A DNA stretch of 64,000 nucleotides, from assembly GCA_010405405.1 (NCBI GenBank), contig MU004236.1, positions 1,680,070 through 1,744,069 of the forward strand. The letters run 5' to 3'. The position numbers and the translations under genes are program-made. The stretch comes from Microthyrium microscopicum (lineage: Eukaryota). Below, one piece after another: positions 38,118-48,942 of the stretch (its first letter is position 1; each line of letters begins with the position of its first letter). A model generated the notes under the pieces. The model was given only the letters and a program-made list of their open reading frames with translations. It searched no databases and was not told where the DNA came from.

Positions 38118-41100
38118 ATGGCCAGCCTCTTCCCAATCAAGGCCCAGAGCGAGCCTGTGCAGCCATCCGAAATTGCCCAGATTCGCAATAAGATAGACAA
38201 AAGCTTCAAAGAGTTCGCTGAACTGATTAGTGCAGTCCGTAGACCACTACCAAACCAGACTGGAGACGGGACATATCTTCCAACCAAAGATGATCCTCCT
38301 GACGTTCTTCAGAAAATAAACGCTGGACTGAAAGACCTGTCATCTCTTGGAATCACCGATATTGCGACATTACTTCAAGTTCAAGAGAAGCAAAAAACAG
38401 GTGCGCTATGGGATGATAAGAAATATCTTATGGAGCGACTCATCCAAACGGCGGCCAGGTTCCCAGACGGATCTGCTACTGGAAAAAAGGTCACCGATGG
38501 ATTCCTGGAGAGCTTGTACAATGACTTGAAACATCCGCCTCAATCGTGAGTAGATTCTGGTAACAAGTCTTCATATCTGACAAAGTCAGATACCTTGGCA
38601 AAGAATATCAATATCGTTCTGCAGATGGATCCAATAACGTGAGATTGCCCCAACGTTGAATGGACAGTGACTAACTAAGGCAAAGAGCCTCGTACATCCC
38701 AATGTGGGCAAAGCTGGTCAACCGTATGCTAGAACTGTCGCTCCAAAGCAGATGCAACCCGGCGCACTGCCAGCGCCAGAAGATATCTTTGACAGTGTCA
38801 TGACCCGGACTCATCATGAGCCTCATCCAAACAAGATTTCAAGCATGCTGTTCTATCTTGCATCTATAATTATCCACGATGTCTTTCTCACAGACAGGAA
38901 AGACTTTTCATATTCTTTGACAAGCTCATATCTTGATCTCTCTCCGCTCTATGGCAAAGACCTCCCAGATCAATTGGCAATGCGAACAATGAAGGATGGC
39001 AAGATCAAGGCCGACTGTTTTTCAGAATCACGCTTGCTAAATTTTCCTCCTGGTGTTGGCGCAATCTTGATCATGTACAACCGGTTCCATAACTCTGTGG
39101 TGGACACGCTCGCTCGCATCAACCAGAACGGCCAATTTACTCCGCCCAGTACTGCTTATCCAAGCGTGAAAACTGACGATCCAAAATTCGACCCCAAGTG
39201 GAAAACATATGACGAGAACCTGTTTCAAGTGGGCAGACTCATCACTTGCGGACTTTATATCAACCATATCTTGCTCGATTACGTCCGGACCATCTTGAAC
39301 TTGAACAAGACCAACTACGACTGGGCCCTGGATCCTAGAGCTAATATCCCTAGTGTTCCTGTTGGCGCTGGAAATCAGGTCTCTGCAGAGTTCAATTTGG
39401 TTTACAGATGGCACTCTGCTATTTCCGATCGTGACGAGAAGTGGACATGGGATCTTTGGAAGAGCCAGTTCCCAGAACTCGGTGATCCTGAAACTGCTGA
39501 CTGGCACGATTTCGTTAAGGCCGCTGCGGTAAAAGAAGACGAGGCAAATGCCATGGATCCTCAGGATCGACCGTTCGGTGGCTTTAAGCGTGGCCCGGAT
39601 GGAAAATTCACCGATGATGACCTAGTCAATCTTCTGTGCGATAGCATTGAGGACGTGGCCAACTCTTTCGGCGCCAATCGCGTCCCACCGGTCATGAGAG
39701 TCGTGGAAATTCTGGGAATGAAGCAAGCAAGAGCATGGAACGTGGCATCTCTGAACGAATTTAGAGTGTACTTTGGTCTGGAGCCGCACAAGACGTTTGA
39801 GAGCATCAACTCAGACCCATACGTCGCCGAACAACTCAAACATCTCTACGATCATCCAGATTATGTCGAGCTCTACCCAGGTCTCGTCACTGAAGAGTCG
39901 AAAATCCCAATGGTGCCAGGAGCTGGACTGACTCCATCATATACTGTTTCTCGAGCAGTTCTTTCGGACGCAGTTGCACTTGTGCGTGGTGATCGTTTCT
40001 ACACCATCGACTATCATCCCAAGAAGCTTACCAACTGGGGCTACAGTGAGGCCGCAAGCGACGTGACTATCGACAATGGCGCTGTCTTCTACAAGCTCTT
40101 CCTCAATGCGTTCCCACACCATTTCAAGCCAAATTCGGTCTACATTCACTACCCTCTGACCATTCCCTCGGAAATGCAGAAAGTTCTCACGAATCTCGAG
40201 CGAGGCCCAAACTACAGCTACGACCGCCCAAAACGTCTGCCGAGCACCAAAGTCATCTCATCGTACGCTACTGTCAAAGCTATCTTGACAAACACCGAGG
40301 CGTTCAAGGTCAGTGTCAGCGATAGCATGGCCTACTTGCTCGGCGACTCAGCCAAGGCCTATATGGTATCTGAAGATGGTGCAAAGAGCGCTGCTTCCCG
40401 CAAGATGATGGAAGAGGCCATTTACCTAGACGGCAAATGGGAGTCCGAAGTTCGTCAGTTCTACGAAGTGACCACCGAGAAACTTCTGAAGGAGAAGTCA
40501 TACAAAATTGCCAAAAAGAACCAAGTAGACATCATTCGCGATATTGGCAACTTGGCTCATGTCCATTTTGCTGCTGAGATGTGGGCATTGCCACTCAAGA
40601 CCACCGAGCGACCATTGGGTGTTTTCACAGAACATGAAATGTATCTGATCATGGCCGGCATGTTCACGGCCGTCTTCTTCGATCCTGATCCAGTCAACTC
40701 GTACCCTCTTCACCAAAAGACGAAGAAGGCAACAAAGCTTCTAGGCGATCTTGTAGAAGCCAACGTTACCGAGATTCATGCTGGTGGTGTTTTCTCGCGC
40801 ATCATCGATGCCGTGTTCCCACACCCTTCGCCACTGAAGGATTATGGTGTCAATCTCATCAAGCGCCTCCTTAAATCCGGTATGGACGTCAAGCAGCTGG
40901 TTTGGGGACACATCTTGGGCACGGTAGGAGCTATGACTGCCAATCAAGGACAGCTCTTTGCTCAGACCCTCGAGTACTACCTCACCACAGGATCCGAACA
41001 TCTTCCAGCCATCAACGCTCTTGCCAAGGACGATAGTGATGCGGCTTTCGAAAAGCTGATGCGATATGTCATGGAAGGTGCTCGTCTAGCCGGCGAATCT

Positions 41101-41571
41101 GGTGTATATCGCCAGTCCACCAAAGCCTGCGAAGTGACAGATGGCAAGCGTACAGTCAAGCTTGCCGCCGGCGATAAGATATTGCTCAATTTGTTTGCGG
41201 CTTCGCGCGATTCAGCTGTGTTCCCGAATCCGGACAAGGTTGATCTGAAGCGTCCGCTTGAGTCTTATATCACTCTAGGTATCGGCTCGCAACAATTCCT
41301 TGGCGATGGCGTCACGAGGGTGGCCTTGACTGCCATGTTCAAGGTTATTGGCAAGCTCAACAAACTTCGTCCTACTCTTGGCGATCAAGGCAAGATTTAT
41401 AAAGTGGATGCTCCATATCCAGAGGAAGGTGGTCAGCCTGTTGGTCCTTGGTATCATAATTATCTGACTGAAAGCCATGATCGTCTATGGCCGTTCCCGC
41501 AGAGTAAGTTCGCCTCCAATCTGTCTTGCGTTTGCTAACTCGCCCTAGGTATGAAGGTAAACTGGGACTGA
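38118..41571 (+). CDS. ppo: Ppo-type fatty acid heme dioxygenase-cytochrome P450 fusion (linoleate diol synthase family), 4 exons
   Basis: YRSADGSNN, IIIHD distal His, SSYLDLSPLYG, DYVRTIL, EFNLVYRWH, LVRGDRF, ANQGQ, EGAR. The P450 heme motif reads LGIGSQQFLG with no Cys. Last exon encodes MKVNWD*. Confidence 0.93.
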
Positions 41572-41661
41572 TTGTAGGCGTGATAACAGCGGATAGGGTT
41601 CGATTGGTTTGGTTGCTTACAGTCTTATCTTATAGAAGAGTAAAGAAAAGAATAATTGGAA

Positions 41662-42921
41662 TCATGCTTCACCGTGATCGTTCCAGAATACTTTGCCTTC
41701 GAATAAACGCCGTGTCGTTCTTAACACGCGCGCGGATTCCACGTCCCCGTTCTCGTCCATCTGCGCATCCACTTGAATCTTGCCACTCGGATGACCGATG
41801 GTTACGTAGTTTTCTAAAGCAAGTCGCTCGGATAAGCATTCATTCACGACAGATCCGGCTATTTTTGCTGCAGTTGCTGTACATAGCGTTCCAGTCAACG
41901 GGCTCGCGCGATGCGGTTGAGCATCCGAGATAAAGCGGATAATTAAATCAAGCTCTGAAGCAGAATTGACTTTGCCAGATAGTGTAGTTTGGTCCTGTGT
42001 GGGTGAGACCAGTGCAATCTTCGGTATGACTCTCGGTGGCTCCTCTCCAGCCTTAATCAGACCCATCGCCACCGCAGCCTCAGTCCGTATCTTCTCAAGC
42101 GTTGCTCTTGTAGCGTGATCCTCCAAAAGCCTATCAGGCAAAATCGTAGGCTCAACTCCAAGATCCTTTGCGCGCACGAAAACACAAGGATTCGCTGAGT
42201 CGACACAGCTCACATCATACCCAGCCAGTCGTTCTGTGACTTTACCCGTAGGAAGTAGCTTGCCCGTCTTCGATCCACCAGGTCTTATAAAATCAAGCAT
42301 GACTCCCGTCCCCGGGCCACTAACACCGTCAATACTCGTCTCATCATCCACACGCGCTTGACCACCTTCAACTCTAAACTTGCCGCGAATAACCGTATTG
42401 GTATTTGTATTCACAAAGCTCACCGTGACCTCGCCCTCGCGCTCATATAGCCCCGGATCCGCCTTCTCCTGCGCGTGAAGAAGCCGATTATTGTACGCGT
42501 ATGGTCCGACAGCCGATGCCATATTACCACAATTCCCAGCATAGTCTACCTCGTCGCGTTCGATTCCGATGCCAATGAATGTATATGTGACATCGATATC
42601 AGTTGGTAGATCGTCTGTGCCGATGATGCAAATCTTGCTCAAGCTCGAGACGCCCGCCCCCATGCCATTGAGCTGCCGGCCATGAGGATCTGGCGCACCG
42701 ATGGCTTGGAGGAAGAGGGACGCGCGAGATTTAGATGAGGCAGGCAGATCGGGAGTGTGGAACATGATGCCTCGCGAGGTACCGCCGCGGTAGTATGATG
42801 CGGGTACAGAGCTTTGGACGGTGGATTTCTGGCGCGTTTGCGCACGGAGGGTAGCCATTGTTTGTGCTTTTGAGATTTTCGAGGGCGGTAGAAGGCGTGC
42901 GTTTGCCCGGAGACAGTTCAT
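41662..42921 (-). CDS. prpF: PrpF/AcnD-accessory family (methyl)aconitate cis-trans isomerase, probably mitochondrial
   Basis: YYRGGTSRG, DPHGRQLNGMGAGVSSLSK, GNCGNM, KTGKLLPTG, IGHPSG, RTTRRLFEG; basic N-terminal presequence. Confidence 0.9.
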   Translation of the reverse strand: MNCLRANARLLPPSKISKAQTMATLRAQTRQKSTVQSSVPASYYRGGTSRGIMFHTPDLPASSKSRASLFLQAIGAPDPHGRQLNGMGAGVSSLSKICIIGTDDLPTDIDVTYTFIGIGIERDEVDYAGNCGNMASAVGPYAYNNRLLHAQEKADPGLYEREGEVTVSFVNTNTNTVIRGKFRVEGGQARVDDETSIDGVSGPGTGVMLDFIRPGGSKTGKLLPTGKVTERLAGYDVSCVDSANPCVFVRAKDLGVEPTILPDRLLEDHATRATLEKIRTEAAVAMGLIKAGEEPPRVIPKIALVSPTQDQTTLSGKVNSASELDLIIRFISDAQPHRASPLTGTLCTATAAKIAGSVVNECLSERLALENYVTIGHPSGKIQVDAQMDENGDVESARVLRTTRRLFEGKVFWNDHGEA

Positions 42922-43522
42922 CGCGCTATATGTAGATGTTGGGATTGGTGCGTGGTTGTTTGAGTGAGGGTCAAGCAACATTGAATGTTGGTTGAAATGA
43001 CTCGCGCAGTTGCGACAACGGACGAAATGGCTTGCCATCTACCATTCTTTTTTGTGCTCCCTTCGTATTTTCTGAAGAATATACACTATCTGTTAAAGAT
43101 GCGTTCGGTTTTCTTATGAGTTATCGAAAAAATAAAATTGCAGTGAATAAGAGATTTGATCCAAAAGCATGAGCAAGAGGAAATCGAGCGAGCATAATGG
43201 GACCATTCAAACCGTCTGAAAGTGATACCGGTATATATCTTCAACTTTTTGGAGTGAACAGATGCTCTCTATCTGCAAAGTTTGATCTTAGATCCTGGAA
43301 AAGATCTCTCTGTACGAAAATCATACAAAGGTTGACGATCGGGATGGTTCATCATACAATATGTCACTAACGAAATCTGTGATGATATCCACGATATCTC
43401 TAAGATAAAGAGATCGTTTCCAGTCATATGCAAATCAGCATATAAGGGACTGCTTTTACCACAGCATTTTCTCGAGATGTCACATCTGTTTAACCCCAAG
43501 TTATCAAAAGAAGCCTCTCATA

Positions 43523-43993
43523 ATGGTGTATCACTGGTTTAAGCTCGTCGTGCTCTATACTTTGACATTCAATGTTTCAGCGAAAAGCAACCCACAGAAA
43601 GTCAAGACCGTTTTGATCGTTACGGAAACTGTGGCCCCCATGACTCCTATCTCGAGACCAGTTATCGACACTTGGACCCCTAAAGTACCTTTCTATCTGC
43701 CTGGCTGGTGGCGAACGGACGACGCGACTACGTTTACGACAGCTACACGACCTACTAGCACTGCATCGCTGCAAGCTTGTTATCAGATTAGAACCGCCAA
43801 TACTCACACCACAGTTGCCGATAATGGCCCGTTGAAAGTAGTTCATTCGGAGCATTCTGATACAGGTACTTTGATGGGACCTACTGGGACGTTGCCGTCT
43901 ACAGCGCAGGCTAAATCGACTAGCATGGGCTGGCATTTCCCTGGACAGAGTAATGGAGAGAGAAGGATACAGCGACTGTGGGATTGGTTCTAA
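43523..43993 (+). CDS. Small Thr-rich putative secreted protein
   Basis: 156-aa ORF with hydrophobic N-terminus; no recognised domain. Confidence 0.45.
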   Translation: MVYHWFKLVVLYTLTFNVSAKSNPQKVKTVLIVTETVAPMTPISRPVIDTWTPKVPFYLPGWWRTDDATTFTTATRPTSTASLQACYQIRTANTHTTVADNGPLKVVHSEHSDTGTLMGPTGTLPSTAQAKSTSMGWHFPGQSNGERRIQRLWDWF

Positions 43994-44418
43994 ACAACTT
44001 CAAGATATCGACGGTATGGTATGGCCCGTTGACTCGAATCGGCCTTCGAATCATTGAATGACTGAGTATGGACTCTGGAACATTTCGGTATAGTCAGGTC
44101 GGCCAATTTAAACTTGGAAATTTGTTTCAGAAACTATCAATATGACTAGCCAGATGATAACAATTCTCTATTGCTGGCTGTGAAGATGAAGACTATGCGA
44201 TCGTAAGAGGTTGAAGTTGGGAGAAGTTCAAGCCCTTAGCCATCTGCTCCGAATCAGGAGACCAATGACCCTACCATCTAACTTCACTCCATTACATAAT
44301 ATCCTATTGAAGGAACATAAACCGCTTCGAAGCTTCTGTGCTTAATGGTATATTGTAAAGTCGAACAAGAAACCAATCGTGAATCATAAGAGCTGGGAAA
44401 AATGAACATTACGTCAAG

Positions 44419-46157
44419 ATGAGGCCACCACTGCTGTCACGATGTCACTGTGCCAAACGCCTCTCCACGAGGCCCATACATACCTCCTCCGCAAGTATAA
44501 GACAATTCATGACCCAAGCAGCAACGAATGAGTCCAAAGCCCCTGGCGACATCTCCAACGCTTTCGTGTCTCTGTCCGGCACCCTCAAAGACGCCGAACC
44601 TCTAGATGACCGCTATCATCTCCTCAAAGAACGCATCCTCTCCAGCAGCTCCAATGAATCCCAATCCCAGACTGCAGAACGATGGCACCATAATTGGACT
44701 ACCCTTCTCTCCGCCATATCCGCCAAAGCACCGGTCATCCAGCAATCAGGGCCTTCCTACATCCCCACCATCTCCTTCACAGACATCCAAGATGCCGCGT
44801 ATGACTGGCATACAGATCCGGGGCTTTCCCAATCGTCGCAAAGGTCGCTACTGGATCGTCTCAGCAAGTTCCACGCGCAATATTGTGAGCGTGGTGTCGC
44901 CGTCATCAAAGGCGTTATAGAAGCCGCAGAAATCGCGGATATGAAGAAGGAGCTTAGGGAATACATAGACGCTAATCGAGACCGCGTGAATGGTTTTCCG
45001 AAAGATGATATGCAAGTTTTTGAGATATACTGGTCTTCCACTCAGATACGCGCTCGCGCCCACCCTCGTATGCGTTTGGCGCAACAGTTTCTCCTGAGTT
45101 TCTGGCACGGTGGCGCTGACGAAACGCTTATCGATGGCCTGCCCAGTGTAGCGGCCCTGCCAATGCTATATGTGGACAGGTTGCGCATGAGACAGCCAGG
45201 CGATGCAGCATTTGCGCTCGGCCCACATGTTGATGGAGGAAGTGTAGAGCGATGGGAAGAGGGAGGTTATGGGTTGGGTAATGATGGGCGCGGTACATTC
45301 CGTGAAATTTGGGAAGGCGATTGGCGGAATCACGATCCTTGGTATTATCCAGGGCGACTGAAGGTAGAGTCCGATATATATAAAGGGGTGGGAGCATGTA
45401 GTGTGTTCCGGGCGGCTCAAGGATGGTTGAGTTTAAGTGAGATCGCACCAGGAGAGGGCCATTTGTTGGTGAATCCGCTGCTGAAAGAGGCATTAACTTA
45501 TTGGTTGATGAGGCCCTTTTTTGAGAACAAAGACGAAGGATGGAAGTTAGAGAAGGATATTTCTGTAAGTGGTTATAACCTGCCAAGAGTGTCTGGAAAG
45601 AAAAGCGCTGACCAGAGCAGTCAAAAGTACATGGTGCTTCACCAGGTTTTGGGCAGGAGATCAATGAGGTGTTGCATCCGCATTTGATGCTTGATAAGAC
45701 GATGATTCATATGCCAACGGTCGAGCCAGGAGATTTTGTGGTCTGGCATGCTGATAGTAAGTTATTCCGGGCATAACGAATATGTCAGCTAACGGTCGCT
45801 GCCATCCATGCAGTCGACAAGAAACATGCTGGAACGCAGGACTCCAGTGTCTTATATATTCCCGTGTGTCCCTGGACGGTGGATAATTTGAAGTTTGCGC
45901 AGAAGCAAGTGCGCGCGTTTAGCATTGGTGCTCCGGGGCCAGACTTTGGAGGAGGCGAAGGCGAGAAGGACTTTAAAGGACAAGTCACAATGGATGATCT
46001 AAAGACTTTACTTGACCAGCCGGGAAGATGGTCGATGGGCATTGCAGAGGATATCAAAGGAGTACACGATGCTCAATTCGAAGTTGAGAAGCTCTATGCG
46101 ATGATACTTGAGAAGGCGCAAAAGGCGAACTCAATCGATTCTGAGAAATGGTCGTAA
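44419..46157 (+). CDS. DUF1479 (YbiU/Gig2-like) jelly-roll oxygenase-like protein, 3 exons
   Basis: YWSSTQIRARAHP, YVDRLRMRQPGD, LGPHVDGGSVERW, CSVFRAAQGWLSLS, PGDFVVWHAD, DSSVLYIP, PGPDFGGGEGE; second intron has an anomalous acceptor. Confidence 0.9.
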
Positions 46158-46177
46158 GGTAGCAATACAAGCCGGGT

Positions 46178-48178
46178 TTAGTCAAAGCCGCTGAACTCAA
46201 TCTCTTTGGGTTTCTCCTTGGCTCCTTCCGCGCTCTTCTTGTCGCCCATCTTATCTCCAGTCTTCTTCCATTGCTTTGGCAGCTTCGTACTAATGACTGC
46301 CCCCTTGACACCTGGCCGTCTTGCTTCGATACCCCGTTGCTTCACTTCTTTACGATCCCTCTTACTTGGCGTGGGCAGCGCATCCAACAGCCAGCGCTGC
46401 ACGCCATCGGTTTTGCCTGCCACCTTTTCACTAGCCGCTATCACATTTGCAATCGGCTTGACGAATGGTACATCTTCCTTTGTATATAGCGTCACGACCA
46501 TGCCTCCCTCTCGGCCGGCACGTCCTGTCCTCCCTGCTCGGTGAATATAGCCTGCTGCGCTCGTGGGTACGTCATAGTTGACCACACCATTTAAGCCACG
46601 AAAATCTACGCCGCGTGCGAGCACATCAGTGGTGATAACTACCCAAACGTCGCCCCGGCGGAAACGCGCCATGACGTTGCTGCGTGCATGGTCTGAGAGG
46701 CCGGCGTGGAGGACTGCGAGACGCGCGGGTCCGCCAGCCTCTGCGGGGATATCGTAGCGCAGTTCGGCGTGAAGGGCGATGGCGCGTGGGATGGTTTGCG
46801 TGAAGACGAGGAAGGGTGGGCGTAAACTGGTAGTTGATGCGGACGGGTGTAGAAGTTGACGAAGGGCAAGTAGCTTGCCTGGCTCAGTGGCTGCGTAGAT
46901 GAGCTTGTGTGATACGGTGGAGAGGGCCGAGTCTTTGATACCGATGACGAGGCGGACAATGGCAGTGGGGGTGATTGAATCGTCCGCACGCTCTTTGATG
47001 GTGGAGAGGGCTAGAGTTTCAATAGAGGAGGCCATTGTAGCGGACCAAAGGCTGGTGCGCATGTTAGGGTGGGTGCAAGAGTTCCAGATGGAGAGGGTTT
47101 GGTCTTGGAATAGCGGATCAAGGAGGACATCAGCTTCATCAAGGACGAGGTATTCGACTGATGGGAGTGTAGCTATTTGTGCTTTTCGTTCAAGAGCATG
47201 TACCAATGCCATAGGTGTCGCCACGATGATATCGGACTTGACGGTTGTTGGCATCGATTCATCTTTGTCTTCTTCCTCCTCCTCGTTGCTGTCCTCATCG
47301 CTTCCCTCATGCAAATCCAGCGATATACCGTCAGCACCGACTCTCATTCCCTTCTTGATCAATGTAACCTTGATTCCTGTCCCCAGAGCCAATTTGCGGC
47401 ATTCATTGACTATTTGGTTGGCCAACTCCTTCGTTGGCGCCAGAACCAGAGCGCGTGGCCCATTCCGCTCGGCTTTCTTCTTCAACAACCCATGAATCAC
47501 AGGTATAAGAAACGCCAAAGTCTTGCCACTTCCAGTGGGAGCGACAGCTAGCAAATCCACCGGACCTGTAACATTCTCACCTCCATCTTGTGCCAGCGCC
47601 TCGCCTAGTAGCAGTGGCAGGCCGGCGAGCTGAATTTCCGTCGGCGTATCGTAGCCTTGCTCTTGTACATTGCGCACCAGCCGTTTGCGCACACCATAGC
47701 GCGCACTGAGTTGCGAAAACAACGACAGCGGGCGGACGTATGCGACTGGTTTCTTGCCATCCTTCTCCTTGATCGTCTTCTTCTTTTTCTTTTTGCTGGG
47801 CTTTTCGCCCTCTTCAGTGGTGAGTAGCGACAATTTGACTTTATGTTTCCTCAATACTGTCTTCCATTCGTCTAGTCCGCCAGCCTCCTCATCCACCTCC
47901 TCAACTATAGCCGGTCGCGGGGCACGTTCTGGGCGCGCAGGTTTGCTAGAAGCGCCGAAGAAGTCGAGCTCAGCAGGTATATCGTTTTCCGCATTTGGGG
48001 TAGTTGTTGTACGCTTGCGTTTGCCTAGAACTTTGGCCGATTGGCCATTTTCGCGGCCGAAGAGTTGTGGGTTGGCATTTTGGCCAGCGGAGGGCAGAGG
48101 ATGCGCGTCAGCTGTAGGGACCGGTTTATTCTTTTGTGGCAGTTTAGACGAGCGCGTTAATAGTTTGAAGAAATCCAT
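46178..48178 (-). CDS. ROK1: DEAD-box RNA helicase Rok1 (DDX52)
   Basis: MDFFKLLTRS start, PTEIQ, APTGSGKT, PTKELA, DEAD, SAT, EPGKLLALRQ, RPPFLVF, ARGVDF, HRAGRTGRAG. Confidence 0.95.
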   Translation of the reverse strand: MDFFKLLTRSSKLPQKNKPVPTADAHPLPSAGQNANPQLFGRENGQSAKVLGKRKRTTTTPNAENDIPAELDFFGASSKPARPERAPRPAIVEEVDEEAGGLDEWKTVLRKHKVKLSLLTTEEGEKPSKKKKKKTIKEKDGKKPVAYVRPLSLFSQLSARYGVRKRLVRNVQEQGYDTPTEIQLAGLPLLLGEALAQDGGENVTGPVDLLAVAPTGSGKTLAFLIPVIHGLLKKKAERNGPRALVLAPTKELANQIVNECRKLALGTGIKVTLIKKGMRVGADGISLDLHEGSDEDSNEEEEEDKDESMPTTVKSDIIVATPMALVHALERKAQIATLPSVEYLVLDEADVLLDPLFQDQTLSIWNSCTHPNMRTSLWSATMASSIETLALSTIKERADDSITPTAIVRLVIGIKDSALSTVSHKLIYAATEPGKLLALRQLLHPSASTTSLRPPFLVFTQTIPRAIALHAELRYDIPAEAGGPARLAVLHAGLSDHARSNVMARFRRGDVWVVITTDVLARGVDFRGLNGVVNYDVPTSAAGYIHRAGRTGRAGREGGMVVTLYTKEDVPFVKPIANVIAASEKVAGKTDGVQRWLLDALPTPSKRDRKEVKQRGIEARRPGVKGAVISTKLPKQWKKTGDKMGDKKSAEGAKEKPKEIEFSGFD

Positions 48179-48942
48179 TTGGAGAGAATGTAGAATTATG
48201 GCATAATGTTGACTGTAGACCAAAGTTTTGGTGGAGTAAAATAAAAAAATGTAGTCGAAAATCTGGTGGTCTGTGCGCGAATATCAAAATGGACATTTTC
48301 TAACTTCATCTGATCATTGTCCACAACACATCTCCGTGTCGCTCGCGGCCACTCTGAAATATGCGCTGTTGAGTGCTCCATATTCAGCAAATCCTCACTG
48401 CTGTACTCACTCACCTGTAATATCGCACAAATGTATCCCTCGACGCCCCCGCGGCTCCTCTGACACGAAACACTCGTGGCGTAAACCTCGCCGCTTAGTT
48501 GAAAGTCCCGCATCAGGCTCAACAAGTAGCTATAGGCTGTGATTAGCTGTCACATCGGCGGCGAGACTCATATACATTACTCTCGAGTCCATAGTCGTAT
48601 TTCTTTCAACGCATGCATGTGGTAAACATTGGCTATCACGAGTCGCAAATCACATTAACCCCCTGTAAAGTTATAAAGGCGTCTAAGTGATGTCCCAATG
48701 GTGTCCAGATCTAGCCCTTTAGAGCTTGGTATCAGTTTCATAAAATGAGAAGCCACAAGACTTCCAAGAGCGGGACTTCTTTAAACTTGTTGATTACGGC
48801 TACTACCGTATACAACATCACTTCCTTCGATGTCTACCTTTACTAGCATATATTCCCCCTCGCTGGGTGTGTGTGATAGCACGTTTTCCTTCAGTCCAAA
48901 GCTTCTTGAAATATTTTGACGTGATTGCTTTGTCACTGCGAG

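Noticed and set aside
11094..46157. OGT and the Gig2-like gene as a GlcNAc cluster
   Set aside because: They are 28 kb apart with unrelated genes between, and no GlcNAc catabolic genes are present.
38118..46157. ppo-prpF-DUF1479 as a biosynthetic gene cluster
   Set aside because: No backbone synthase, regulator or transporter, and no shared chemistry is evident.
48499..48779. AAGTCCCGC ... GCGGGACTT complementarity resembling RNase MRP/P helix P4
   Set aside because: It lacks the bulged-U P4 geometry and other conserved regions; a 9-bp match can arise by chance.
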